A DNA stretch of 64,000 bases, taken from positions 18,082 to 82,081 of the IMG/VR virus record IMGVR_UViG_3300049491_000955; one strand, 5' to 3'. This document shows positions 9,111-18,713 of this stretch, one piece after another (position 1 is the first letter of the stretch; every line of letters begins with the position of its first letter). The notes below the pieces were generated by a model. It saw only the letters and a list, made by a program, of their open reading frames with translations, did no database searches and had not been told where the DNA came from. This stretch comes from a virus. The translations under genes and the position numbers were made by a program.

Positions 9111-10049
9111 ATGACAATGAGACGTGAAGTTTATACTTACGACGATGAATTGATGGGATTTTTCCCAGTAATGGCTCGTCGGACGGCTGAAGCTACTAGA
9201 TATCTTCAGCTAGATCAAGCTTTCACTACTTCTAGCGCCGGAGCAATTAGAGGTGTTGTTAAAGTTTTTGCGCCGGGCTTTTTTGCTGGTTCTATTCCCG
9301 GATCCACAAGATTTCGTTTACTGCCAAGAACTTTTGCAGCGGCTGCTTTAGCTGCTGCCGCAACTAGCTTGACCGTAAAGTTCAACACCGCAGGTATATT
9401 TATTCCCGGTGATATACTTTCAATCATTCCTCCCTCAGGACGAGTAAATATTCAATCTGCCACGACTGGCTGGGCGATCGCAGATACAGTCACAGTTACC
9501 ATAAACGCAATTCCCGTAGTTTATACTTTAGTTCCTGCTGACATTGGTGGTTCTCTTGCAGCTACTAACCAACTTGTTGCGGATAAAGTATTAGCTGCTA
9601 TTAAGAGTAATCCATACGTTGGGCGACGTGTTGATGGACGAACTGTAGTAGGTGCGGCCGGTTCTGTTGACATTGTTTTTTGGTCACTTGATTTCGCAAC
9701 AAACTACTCTGTTGCTGCCGCAGATACAGGCGCAAATGGTACGGCTACTGCGCCTGCTGCAAGCTTCGTTCCCTTAACAACTATTGGAACTATTTCAGCC
9801 GTTAACACTACTACTAATGTTCTGACTATTAGCGCTGCCGCTGTTTCGGTTCCCAATGGTTTTCCAATCGGTGTCGCCACAAGTTTTCCTGCTGATTTGG
9901 GGTTACTTTCGCCCGGTCAACCGATTGATTTACTATTTCGTGAGTCTCAAAACTATGCAGCGTATACAGAGATCATAGCTTACAGAAATAGACTACCTTA
10001 CTTTGATGGTGAACTAGCTTTATTGTTCCCAGAAATTACTTTGGTTTAA
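9111..10049 (+). CDS. head decoration/cement protein
   Basis: Between protease and capsid genes; Ala/Thr/Gly-rich beta-type sequence; aggag RBS. Confidence 0.6.
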   Translation: MTMRREVYTYDDELMGFFPVMARRTAEATRYLQLDQAFTTSSAGAIRGVVKVFAPGFFAGSIPGSTRFRLLPRTFAAAALAAAATSLTVKFNTAGIFIPGDILSIIPPSGRVNIQSATTGWAIADTVTVTINAIPVVYTLVPADIGGSLAATNQLVADKVLAAIKSNPYVGRRVDGRTVVGAAGSVDIVFWSLDFATNYSVAAADTGANGTATAPAASFVPLTTIGTISAVNTTTNVLTISAAAVSVPNGFPIGVATSFPADLGLLSPGQPIDLLFRESQNYAAYTEIIAYRNRLPYFDGELALLFPEITLV

Positions 10050-10079
10050 TTCAAATTTAATTAGTATCTTTATTGTGCC

Positions 10080-11249
10080 ATGCCTAGTGTAGTTGAACTG
10101 ATTAATGCAAGTATGCCGACTATTAAAAAGTCGGTGGATCTTACACTTTCTTCTTTAAGTAGTACCGGAGAATTGATCGTTGACGGTAATCCGGATCCAG
10201 CGTTAAATAGATTTTTCCCTTTTGTCAATTACGATGACGATGTTTTAGCAATGCTAAAATTTCGGACATACAAACCGACACTAGGTTATGTTGTCGCGAC
10301 AGATGGCGAAGTTCCTGTTGATCGGGAAAGAGTAACTATCAGCCAAGAACTCTTTGGTAATTTCAAGCTAGCAAAGTCTAGAATGATTACTGAAGAAGAT
10401 ATGAACGTTGCTAGACGTGCTGAAATGTTGGCTCTTTCCGGTTCTTTGCAAGCAGCCGAAAAGATTCGGGATACTTTCTTAGCGATTCCCTCTCAGTTAA
10501 CTCAGGGAGTTTTAAACCTTCATACTGTTTTGACGATTCAAACAGCATGTGTAGGATTCTGTAATTACCTTGATCCAACGTCAGGTATTACCGCAAACCT
10601 TTCTTACACTCAACAAATTCCTGCTGGTAATTTTGCGCCAACACTAACAGGAAATGCTCGTTGGTCACAATGGACTACTGCTACAGGGATTGATGATATT
10701 GTCAATCACATGAATGCTATCTACACCAATATAAGGCGATTTCTGCCTTATATTGTAATGTCCAGAACTGAAGCTAATAATTTAAGAAATCAGACTTCCA
10801 CTAAAGACATTGTTTACAGAGCAAAAGGAATGATTACTGAGGTCGGTACTCAATCCATCCCAGCAATGACTAATCTAGAGCCTCCAACATTAAGCGAAAT
10901 TGGAGACGTTATAGGCAAGCGATTATTAGCAGGTGGCGGACAGCAAGGAACTGTAGAAATCATCGTTACCGATGCTGTTTACTTTGTTCGTGGCGCGGGT
11001 ATTCTTGGTACTCAAACTCTTTCTTATGTTCCTCCTGGATATTATTTTTTTGCAAGTGATGCTTATATTGAGCGCGCTATTGTTCCAACTGCATCTAATA
11101 ACTATGCAGGCGGACTGGTAACTAGCACAGAAGTACTAAAGAAAGAACCTCCTCAAGAATCAGTAACGGTTGCTGGTAGAGGCTTTCCTTTAGTTCCCGA
11201 TCCTCGTCTAATAGCTTCTAGAAACGTTGAGAATACTGCTCTAGTTTAA
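10080..11249 (+). CDS. major capsid protein (lambda E-like)
   Basis: 389 aa, position; LTGNARWS..TA.GIDDI and GFPLV C-terminal pattern. Confidence 0.8.
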   Translation: MPSVVELINASMPTIKKSVDLTLSSLSSTGELIVDGNPDPALNRFFPFVNYDDDVLAMLKFRTYKPTLGYVVATDGEVPVDRERVTISQELFGNFKLAKSRMITEEDMNVARRAEMLALSGSLQAAEKIRDTFLAIPSQLTQGVLNLHTVLTIQTACVGFCNYLDPTSGITANLSYTQQIPAGNFAPTLTGNARWSQWTTATGIDDIVNHMNAIYTNIRRFLPYIVMSRTEANNLRNQTSTKDIVYRAKGMITEVGTQSIPAMTNLEPPTLSEIGDVIGKRLLAGGGQQGTVEIIVTDAVYFVRGAGILGTQTLSYVPPGYYFFASDAYIERAIVPTASNNYAGGLVTSTEVLKKEPPQESVTVAGRGFPLVPDPRLIASRNVENTALV

Positions 11250-11687
11250 CTACCAAGGTAAAGTATTTTCACCTCTTCTTCCTACATAAGAAGTGCCATT
11301 GTAGTAGTTATTGACTGGCGGCTTCTCTTCTGCTGTTCCTGTAATCATTTTTAAAAGTCTCAAGTATTCTGCCCCGTATCGAGTCGAAGCATAATCGCTA
11401 GAACTATTTGATGATTTAAATTGTTCCTGATATTCAACTTCGTAGCGATCGTCTTGAACTTCTATTCTTTTTACTGACCCTGAAGAGAAGCTTGAACCGT
11501 CAGAAGAAACATAAGGGGAAGACAAGCAAATTTTGTGAGCAACTAACAATTCTGTTGCTATTTCCACTAAAGTTCCCCATTGATATCGAGCTACTTCAAT
11601 TGTTGCATCTGGTAAGAAAGCTTCAAACCTAACGGCTTCATTTTTTAATTCTGGATATTTAATTGCAAAACTTTGAAAGGTAATCAT
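11250..11687 (-). CDS. head-tail adaptor (DUF4054-like), inverted relative to its operon
   Basis: F...YPEL...W......ELLVAH...SVKR.EV...STRYGAEYLRL; likely start MITFQSF. Confidence 0.75.
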   Translation of the reverse strand: MITFQSFAIKYPELKNEAVRFEAFLPDATIEVARYQWGTLVEIATELLVAHKICLSSPYVSSDGSSFSSGSVKRIEVQDDRYEVEYQEQFKSSNSSSDYASTRYGAEYLRLLKMITGTAEEKPPVNNYYNGTSYVGRRGENTLPW

Positions 11688-12126
11688 GATTGAAGATTTA
11701 ATAAACTCTACTATCAAGAATATACCTGATCCTTATTTCAGTGATCCAAATTTATCCTTGACTTTTAAAGTTGGCAACGGAATTTTTTTAGAAGACGAAT
11801 CAGGCAATCAAGTTGAGCAAACTTTCTCTTATGTTGTTCTTGCAAGTGTTACTACAGATGCAAGCAACAAAGAATATGAAATGCCTGGACAAATTGGGCT
11901 AGATTCTCTAGTTCTTTGCGGCAGATGCGTTAACCCCAAGCTACTTCCACCTGGACTTGTTAACAAAGAAAAATTTGCCATTGCTACGCTGACAGATTTA
12001 GCTTCTGGACAAGTTCAAACAGGAGTTTTTACTTTTATTCCTGTTGTTCAACAAAGATTTGAAGCTTTTACCAACCACATGGGAACAGCAATAAAAGGAT
12101 ACTTTAGTACCACGGCAAGAGTGTAA
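11686..12126 (+). CDS. putative head-closure/neck protein
   Basis: Position and size (146 aa). Confidence 0.55.
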   Translation: MIEDLINSTIKNIPDPYFSDPNLSLTFKVGNGIFLEDESGNQVEQTFSYVVLASVTTDASNKEYEMPGQIGLDSLVLCGRCVNPKLLPPGLVNKEKFAIATLTDLASGQVQTGVFTFIPVVQQRFEAFTNHMGTAIKGYFSTTARV

Positions 12127-12128
12127 GT

Positions 12129-12521
12129 ATGGTCAAAGTTCGATGGAATAACATACAGGTTCCTTCTAAAATTACTGCTATTCTTTCCTGGAATGTTCTT
12201 TACGCTGCCGCTGTTCATGAAGGAGCTACATTTAAATCTGGAACTGAATTACCTTCTCGCCCTTGGATTATCTATTCTGCTCAAGAATACAATTTTTTGG
12301 CTCAGTATAAATATAATTTTATTTACAATAGTTACAATTTCCGCCAAGCTTTTATTAATGTTGCTAACGAATTTGGAGAAGCCTGTCAAGAGTCAATACG
12401 ATCGCCTATTTGGCAATGGAATCGCTTAACTGTAAGACGCAGCGGCGAAGTCGTGACTAGCCCAAGAAATATCGTAGATCTGGGGAATCTATTGGCATCT
12501 TATTCTTTGGAGATTAACTAA
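12129..12521 (+). CDS. putative neck/tail-completion protein
   Basis: YAAAVHEG..., P.RPW, SPRNIVDLGNL motifs typical of neck proteins. Confidence 0.7.
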   Translation: MVKVRWNNIQVPSKITAILSWNVLYAAAVHEGATFKSGTELPSRPWIIYSAQEYNFLAQYKYNFIYNSYNFRQAFINVANEFGEACQESIRSPIWQWNRLTVRRSGEVVTSPRNIVDLGNLLASYSLEIN

Positions 12522-12889
12522 TGAATTCCAAAGAGTTGCGTACTTTACTGCTAGGAGTTTTGTCTAATGAATTAGGAGTTTATACAAACAATCAGATATC
12601 TATTTGGGTGTATGGCGCAGACTCTAATCCTCCTTCTTCTAGTAATGGACTTGAATGTTTGATTATGAAGCAGCCTTTAAGCCCTTCAGAATCAATGAGT
12701 GGAGGAATAAAATACAAGCCTCAAATGTGGCAAATTGTTTTGAAAAATTATGTTCCTTCAAATAAACTTGTTACTGCTATATCTAAAATAGAAACTAGAT
12801 TAGTTGTGAAAAATTATCGCTATATGCCAGCATCTAACGATATTATTGAACAAGCGAACCTTTCTGTTTTTAATCCTATAGTTTATTAG
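12521..12889 (+). CDS. putative tail terminator
   Basis: TAATG-coupled; position before tail tube. Confidence 0.55.
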   Translation: MNSKELRTLLLGVLSNELGVYTNNQISIWVYGADSNPPSSSNGLECLIMKQPLSPSESMSGGIKYKPQMWQIVLKNYVPSNKLVTAISKIETRLVVKNYRYMPASNDIIEQANLSVFNPIVY

Positions 12890-12893
12890 CAAA

Positions 12894-13505
12894 ATGCCTA
12901 CCGTTGCTTTAGAAAGAAATAAAAGTGTTACTACTAATGCATTGAGTGTTGTTGCAAACGCTCAAACTCCAGTAGAAATAGACACTGCTCAAGAAGACGC
13001 AACTTTAATTAGATGGAAACTTGCTTCGATTGATCCAGCCGCCTTCACCGTAGTCTCTAGCGCTGCAAGTGGCAGTACTACTTTGACCACTGCGATCGCT
13101 AATGGATTTGTAAATATTCGCGTAGGTGATCCGGTTTCAGGTACTGGCATTGCTGGCGGCACAACGGTTACCGCAAAAGCAGTTGGTGATCAAAGCTTAA
13201 CTTTAAGTGCTGCAACAACTGCTTTAATTTCCGCTGGGACAATTACTTTTGATCCGCCAGCGATTACGCCAACTCTGATTTTACTCAAAGTAAATTTTTA
13301 CAGAGATCCTGTCAATCCTTCTTTAATGACCGCAGGTGTTACTTTTTATGCCTATGATGGCAGTCTGTTAAATGCTGACGGAACTGATTTAAACGCCACT
13401 AGAACGTTTCCTATGATTACTAGTGTTCCTACTGGATCTCTTTCTGTCATTCCTCTTGACATGGAGGCTTATTATACGGCTATTCGTGTTGCCAAAGCTC
13501 CTTAA
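12894..13505 (+). CDS. virion structural protein
   Basis: Ala/Thr-rich; VGDPVSGTGIAGGTTV motif seen in virion accessory proteins. Confidence 0.55.
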   Translation: MPTVALERNKSVTTNALSVVANAQTPVEIDTAQEDATLIRWKLASIDPAAFTVVSSAASGSTTLTTAIANGFVNIRVGDPVSGTGIAGGTTVTAKAVGDQSLTLSAATTALISAGTITFDPPAITPTLILLKVNFYRDPVNPSLMTAGVTFYAYDGSLLNADGTDLNATRTFPMITSVPTGSLSVIPLDMEAYYTAIRVAKAP

Positions 13506-13542
13506 TCTTTTTTCAATTCTTTTCTTTTTTTAGGTAAAAACA

Positions 13543-14238
13543 ATGCCAAGACCTGTAGGTGAAATTACTCTTTTAAACTTTGGTTTAGACTTACTGCTAT
13601 TACCTAGGGGTAGCCGAACAGTCACCAGAAAAACTATTACAATGGCAGTTGCGGCAGCGGCTGGCGCAACATCAGTTACTCTGACTGCAAACGTTTCTAC
13701 TGTTATAAAATCTGGATCTTCTCTTTCTTTTGTTGCTCCTTCTGCTGCTATTGATAGGCAGCAAATATTGTTTACAGAAGATGTTACGGTTCTTACTACT
13801 AACACTGTCGCCCTTGTTGCGTCTGTTCAGCGTCCCGTTGCTCTAAATAGTACAGCTTCATTTGTTGATGGCTCTAGAGCCTTATTTGGTGTCCAAGGAT
13901 TTGAACTACAGCAACAAGATACGACTGTAGACACTACTAACACTCAATCTGGCTCTGGCACGGAAATGGCAATGATTCGGGCAGCCCGAACATTTCAGAT
14001 GAGTGGCATTGAAATTCCTTACGATTTACAATTGCAGGAAGTTAAGAAAATTTGTCGCGACCCTGGTTTTTTTGGTAGAGAATTTTTTGCTACGTTAGTT
14101 TATCCTGACGGAGAAACTTTTGAAGGTGCTGTAAAAACTACAAACTTCTCTCAGCCAGGTAACCAGAATGAAGTAAAACGTTATTCTTTCCAGATGGCAC
14201 TTCAGGGTGATCCAATCTGGCGTCCTTCCTACTTCTAA
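13543..14238 (+). CDS. major tail tube protein
   Basis: TTVDTTN..SG.G, YPDGETFEG, YSFQMALQG pattern; position. Confidence 0.8.
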   Translation: MPRPVGEITLLNFGLDLLLLPRGSRTVTRKTITMAVAAAAGATSVTLTANVSTVIKSGSSLSFVAPSAAIDRQQILFTEDVTVLTTNTVALVASVQRPVALNSTASFVDGSRALFGVQGFELQQQDTTVDTTNTQSGSGTEMAMIRAARTFQMSGIEIPYDLQLQEVKKICRDPGFFGREFFATLVYPDGETFEGAVKTTNFSQPGNQNEVKRYSFQMALQGDPIWRPSYF

Positions 14239-14240
14239 TA

Positions 14241-14477
14241 ATGTTTGATTATTTAGTAGACTCGACAGGCTTGTTAGTCTGTCTTGTTAATTGTCGCATC
14301 GCAGGAAACACAATTTTTTGCGGTGCGACTGTTTTTAAAGGTGGCATTTCCGGCACAATTAAAGTGTACAATGGCACTACAGAGTTTAAAATAGAATTGC
14401 CAGATAGTCTTTTATCTGTTGCCAATTATCAAGCTCGATCCAGTATCAATGATGATTTAGAAGTGAAAATATGCTGA
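14241..14477 (+). CDS. hypothetical protein
   Basis: 78-aa ORF coupled within the tail operon. Confidence 0.55.
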   Translation: MFDYLVDSTGLLVCLVNCRIAGNTIFCGATVFKGGISGTIKVYNGTTEFKIELPDSLLSVANYQARSSINDDLEVKIC

Positions 14478-15409
14478 AACCTGCCAACAGAAAGAAATTT
14501 CAAAGATTAGAAATAGTTTCCGTAGGAAATGAAGATTTAGGTTATTTTTATTTTGCAAAGTTAGGCTACATAAAAGCTGGCGAAAGAGATCAATTAGCTG
14601 AATTTGAAGCCGCTAGACAAGAATCAACTTTTGCTTTAGATTCTTTAGTCAGTGCAATCTGCAAAGATAAAGGTATCTCTCGCCAAGAAGCTTCAGATCT
14701 AGTCTTTGGTAAGAAGTTAGAAGACGGATCAGAAATAGCTCCTCTTCCTATTTCAGATCTATATGCTCAATACCCCGCTCAAACTGGTAAATTCTTAAAG
14801 CAAGCTAGCAGTCAAAAGCAAAAAAGCATAGTAGCTACTTTGTTTATCAAAGGCTATTACTCCGACACTGCCGATGGGGTCAAGTTTATCAAAGGTCGGT
14901 CAGCCAAGCCTGTAACTTTGGCAAAACCCGCCAAAATGAACGACAAAAAGATTTTAATTGAGCCAAATTTCTTTTACATTCACGATGGTCAAGAAATTAA
15001 ATTTGGCGATGTATTAGTAACTGTTAACGGTAACTACCGAATTGCTGAAGAAGATACGCCGCTTCCTATTGACGTAAGTGCAATCGCACAAGATCTTCCC
15101 GCAGGCGAAGTTGGCTTTCTTTATTCATCTTTGTCTCAATCCTATATTCTTGGTGAAGAAAATTGGAGCGATTCAGACACTTGTGAACAAGATCCACAAA
15201 TGATTGATTTGATTTTTGAATTTTATCAGAATGAGCAATCAGGCTGGATTAAAAATTTGGGGGAGACTCCCGACAAGACGACATCAGAGACACCTCCGAC
15301 GGAGATTCAACCTCAGCTATCACCAGTATTGATTGGCGAAAAATCTACTGGCGAATCCAAGGATATCGAATTGCCGATCCTCGTTTCTACTGCTGGGAAA
15401 AATTCTTAG
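14471..15409 (+). CDS. tail assembly chaperone (G-like)
   Basis: Follows tail tube; contains a slippery site at 15251-15264. Confidence 0.7.
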   Translation: MLKPANRKKFQRLEIVSVGNEDLGYFYFAKLGYIKAGERDQLAEFEAARQESTFALDSLVSAICKDKGISRQEASDLVFGKKLEDGSEIAPLPISDLYAQYPAQTGKFLKQASSQKQKSIVATLFIKGYYSDTADGVKFIKGRSAKPVTLAKPAKMNDKKILIEPNFFYIHDGQEIKFGDVLVTVNGNYRIAEEDTPLPIDVSAIAQDLPAGEVGFLYSSLSQSYILGEENWSDSDTCEQDPQMIDLIFEFYQNEQSGWIKNLGETPDKTTSETPPTEIQPQLSPVLIGEKSTGESKDIELPILVSTAGKNS

Positions 15410-15702
15410 AGCAACCAGACTGGCTTATCATTGAGTGTCTTGAAGAGCTAGAGAAACAGAAGCAAGAAGATGCCAACCTTGCTTCTTACACTCATGCAAT
15501 TGGTTGGACACGATTATTCAATGGTTTTGGCGACAAAGATAAACCTTCTGACCCTGTAGACTTACTTCCTTTTCGAGAGGCTGCTAAGAAAGCTAAAGAA
15601 GAAAAACCTGTTACATCTCGTACCAAACAAATCATTCTAGAATTGATGAATAGCCCTAAGATCTCGCCTCACATCACCGCCTCTTTAGCTATGCTACTCT
15701 GA
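14471..15702 (+). CDS. tail assembly chaperone GT, -1 frameshift product
   Basis: AAAAATTTGGGGGA at 15251-15264; the -1 frame opens right after a TAA and reads ...IDWRKIYWRIQGYRIADPRF...DLLPF...LAMLL to TGA 15700-15702. Confidence 0.7.
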
Positions 15703-15914
15703 TGCACCAAGAGATTGCAGAATTGCTTCACGATCTAATCAGGAGTCCTTACCAAAAGAATTTTCCTGACATCAATAGATTACAGGATTTTTTCGATTAC
15801 ATTCACTGCCATATTGCTTGCAAAAGACTTTGGGATGACATCAAAAAGACTTACGACGTGACTGAAAAAGACATCTTTGCTATCAAACAAGCTTTAATCG
15901 ATACTTACAGTTAA
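15702..15914 (+). CDS. hypothetical protein
   Basis: TGATG-coupled to the GT frame. Confidence 0.55.
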   Translation: MHQEIAELLHDLIRSPYQKNFPDINRLQDFFDYIHCHIACKRLWDDIKKTYDVTEKDIFAIKQALIDTYS

Positions 15915-15958
15915 TCTGTTTAACTACTTGACAGATTCTCTTTGATGCCATACTAGCT

Positions 15959-16013
15959 AAATACCAACAAGCGATCGCCTAATTCGACTTAGTGCGATCG
16001 CTTGTTGGTATTT
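15959..16013. terminator. 20-bp perfect inverted repeat containing two HIP1 sites, between convergent genes
   Basis: aaataccaacaagcgatcgc ... gcgatcgcttgttggtattt. Confidence 0.7.
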
Positions 16014-16018
16014 GGTTT

Positions 16019-16300
16019 TTACAAGTATTGACTAACAGCAAAGTGTCCGACGTTGGCTGCTTGGATATTACCTGTGGCAAGTATTCTAAAGAAGTGTAGT
16101 CCTATTAAGCTTTGAGTGGTGTCGAGAGTATATTTGTAAGTTCCTAAAGCAGTTCGGGTCATAGGATAGCTGAATTCTTCTTCTGTTGGAAGTTTAAAAT
16201 GAATGATAACGCTGTCAGCATCTAACGCAGTATCATTTTCTTTAACTTCTGCTATAAAATCAATTAATTCACCTTTCCAAAAAGCATTTATATTTGTCAT
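16019..16300 (-). CDS. small beta-rich virion/tail-tip accessory protein (BppU-N-like)
   Basis: Likely start MTNINAF; D.DSV...KLP...GTYKY.LDT...G.H.FR pattern. Confidence 0.55.
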   Translation of the reverse strand: MTNINAFWKGELIDFIAEVKENDTALDADSVIIHFKLPTEEEFSYPMTRTALGTYKYTLDTTQSLIGLHFFRILATGNIQAANVGHFAVSQYL

Positions 16301-17597
16301 GGCTATACAAAACTTTTTTAGTAACATTATACCACCCAACGAAGGAACTGATAATGTTAGCTACAACATGGGGTTTCGTTTTACACTGACTGCCCTTTGT
16401 AAAATTGTAGGCGTTCGATTTTATAAACCATCTTTGGAGCCAAATATTGATCACTTGGGAACTTTATGGGATGCTGACACGAGTACTCTTATTGATTCTA
16501 TTATTTTTGCAGATACTTCTTCTTCTGCTGGATGGAAAGAAGTTTATTTCTTGCAGCCAATTGATGCTGTGGTAGGAAAACGATATATAGTAGCCGTCAA
16601 TTGTGGGAATGGTAGCAATGCTGGATACTATCCCTATCAAAGCGCTTATCATTCTTCTGAAATTCAGCAAGGACTTATTACGGCTACTGTAAGCGCAGGT
16701 CTTTTTAATGGTTCTCACACTGGAATTCCGAATGCTGCTTTTAACAATGCAACTTACTTTAGGGATGTAATAATTAGCACGGGAGAAGATATAAGACTTC
16801 AATCATCTTCTTTAATCTTGCTTAGCACAATAAATCGGCTTAGATTAGACGCACGGTTGATCAATACTTCTTTAATTCAATCTACTCAAAGCCTTGTATT
16901 AAGAACAGACAAAAAACTAAAAGGAAATCTACCAACTAACTTAACAAATTTATTAAATGTTAAAACAGACAAAAGATTAATTCTTAATGCGCCACTTAAT
17001 TCTTCGTTAGGTCTTGCATTAAGAACAGATAAAAAGCTAAAAGGAAATCTACCAACTAATCTAACAAATATATTAAATCTTAGAATAGACAAAAGATTAA
17101 TTCTTGCCGCTCCAGTCATTTCTTCTTTAGGCTTTAAACTAAAAACAGATTTAAAGTTAAAGCTGTCTTCTACTTTTAGTAGCACGTTAAACTTAAAACT
17201 CAAATCAGATCTAAGGTTAAAATTTCCTTTTACTTCTGTTAGTATATTAGATTTAAAACTAAAATCTGATATTAAAATTAAATCTATATCGTTGTTTTCT
17301 TCTTCAAGCTTTGTAGTCTTAAGGCAAGCGGCATCATTAAAAAATCAGTCAAGTTTTCTTATTAATGATTCGCTAAAAGTTAAAACGGAAAAAAAGATTT
17401 CTACTTCTTTGGTTTTCCCTAGTCAAATAAATTTAAACATTAAGACTAATTCGGGAAGCTTAAGATCTAATTCAGTCTTAAGTTCTTCCTTTAATCTTAG
17501 ACTACAGGTTACACCTTCTTTAGTTGTTCCTAAAAAAGGAAACTTGCAAATATCAATACAAAGGAAATATAATTTGATAGTTACTATAGAAAAATAA
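16299..17597 (+). CDS. DUF4082-like domain tail/fibre protein with 20-aa repeat stalk
   Basis: MGFRF...IVGVRFYK...H.GTLWD...GWKEV.F..PI; repeats LRTDKKLKGNLPTNLTN. Confidence 0.7.
   Translation: MAIQNFFSNIIPPNEGTDNVSYNMGFRFTLTALCKIVGVRFYKPSLEPNIDHLGTLWDADTSTLIDSIIFADTSSSAGWKEVYFLQPIDAVVGKRYIVAVNCGNGSNAGYYPYQSAYHSSEIQQGLITATVSAGLFNGSHTGIPNAAFNNATYFRDVIISTGEDIRLQSSSLILLSTINRLRLDARLINTSLIQSTQSLVLRTDKKLKGNLPTNLTNLLNVKTDKRLILNAPLNSSLGLALRTDKKLKGNLPTNLTNILNLRIDKRLILAAPVISSLGFKLKTDLKLKLSSTFSSTLNLKLKSDLRLKFPFTSVSILDLKLKSDIKIKSISLFSSSSFVVLRQAASLKNQSSFLINDSLKVKTEKKISTSLVFPSQINLNIKTNSGSLRSNSVLSSSFNLRLQVTPSLVVPKKGNLQISIQRKYNLIVTIEK
16898..17137 (+). repeat. 120-bp tandem coding repeat (2 copies, then degenerate)
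   Basis: attaagaacaga...aaaggaaatctaccaactaa starts at 16898 and 17018. Confidence 0.8.
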
Positions 17598-17601
17598 TAA
17601 A

Positions 17602-17997
17602 ATGCCCATTGGAACTACTTTCGCCAACACTGTTTGGAATCATTTCTTAGGTGCAACAGTTGCAACCCCTTCCGCTAACGTAAGAATAGCTTTGTTTACT
17701 GCTTCACCAAACTTTACAACTGGAGTTGGAGGCACGGAAGTTGCTGATGCAACTTATGCCCGAGTGCAAATAACAAACAACACAACAAATTTTCCTGCTG
17801 CTGCCAACAGGATAAAATCTAATGGCGTAAAGATTAGCTTTGCTGCTTTTACGGCTGCCTCTACGGTTGTCGCTTGGGGAATGTACGATGCTTCTAGTGT
17901 TTGGATGCTTGGAAATACTTTAACTGCTCCTAAAAATATCAATGCAGGTGATCCAATTTATTTTGATATAGGAGACTTAACTTTGCAGCTTGATTAA
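17602..17997 (+). CDS. tail-fibre-associated structural protein
   Basis: IALFTASP...GTEV...YARV...N...ISF...AWGMYDA....L...KNI.AGD. Confidence 0.75.
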   Translation: MPIGTTFANTVWNHFLGATVATPSANVRIALFTASPNFTTGVGGTEVADATYARVQITNNTTNFPAAANRIKSNGVKISFAAFTAASTVVAWGMYDASSVWMLGNTLTAPKNINAGDPIYFDIGDLTLQLD

Positions 17998-18000
17998 TAA

Positions 18001-18032
18001 CAAAAACCTCGGCAGTTAACCGAGGTTTTTTG
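18001..18032. terminator. bidirectional terminator
   Basis: aaaaacctcgg-cagttaa-ccgaggtttttt. Confidence 0.8.
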
Positions 18033-18033
18033 T

Positions 18034-18390
18034 TTACATACTTGGAAAACTTCTTACTTCTCTAACGTATCTTAACTCTAACTCAATTTCAATTTCATTT
18101 ATTTCAGGCTCCTCTCCTAGCTCTGCTAAAGCAACATCAGTTCTTTCTAATTCTACTAAAGCAACAAAGTTAAATTTAGTTTTTCCGGTCACATTGCTGT
18201 ACTTTACGAGATAACATCCAATTAAAACTCCTTTCTTTAATATATCGGGGCAATTAAAGTGCCATTCTTGAATTATTGTTTGATCTTTATCAAAAACTTC
18301 TTTTTCAACGTATCCTGTTATTAAAACCCGCAACAACGACTCTTCCTCAATCCATTCTTTGTTGAGTGCAAGACTGAATTCTAAAATCAC
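18034..18390 (-). CDS. hypothetical protein
   Basis: 118-aa ORF with upstream promoter-like sequence. Confidence 0.55.
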   Translation of the reverse strand: MILEFSLALNKEWIEEESLLRVLITGYVEKEVFDKDQTIIQEWHFNCPDILKKGVLIGCYLVKYSNVTGKTKFNFVALVELERTDVALAELGEEPEINEIEIELELRYVREVRSFPSM

Positions 18391-18483
18391 AAAACCGACC
18401 CTTTTCTCTTTCTTTTTTTCAATATATACTATCGTTAGACTACTAGCAACACTTTTATGAAAATAAATTAAATCAAAAACTAC

Positions 18484-18512
18484 TTGACAGCCGTAGGACT
18501 ACTGGATATACT
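18484..18512 (+). promoter_or_regulatory. sigma70-type promoter
   Basis: TTGACA-N17-TATACT. Confidence 0.8.
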
Positions 18513-18542
18513 ACAGAGGTAATTAAGAAAGCAAAAAAAAAG

Positions 18543-18713
18543 ATGAAGACTAAAAGTATTAAGTTTTTAGCTTGCACTACTGTAACCATCGAAATTCCTG
18601 ATGATTATCCAGAAGATGAAGAAGAATGGACATACGAACAAGTTGATGAAATCACTGATCTAGCATATGATAAACTTGAAGGATGTATTCCAGACTGGGA
18701 GATAGATTTTTAA
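18543..18713 (+). CDS. small highly acidic protein (56 aa)
   Basis: Read by hand: MKTKSIKFLACTTVTIEIPDDYPEDEEEWTYEQVDEITDLAYDKLEGCIPDWEIDF; has its own promoter and a terminator near 18747-18779. Confidence 0.7.
   Translation: MKTKSIKFLACTTVTIEIPDDYPEDEEEWTYEQVDEITDLAYDKLEGCIPDWEIDF

Noticed and set aside
11250-11687. Classical invertase (Gin/Hin-type) switch
   Set aside because: No flanking inverted repeats and no recombinase gene in the window; kept only as an unexplained flip
15394-15409. GGGAAAA as the chaperone slippery site
   Set aside because: Out of phase for X-XXY-YYZ in the G frame (codons GGG AAA AAT); the 15251-15264 site fits and precedes the conserved-looking DW..IYW segment
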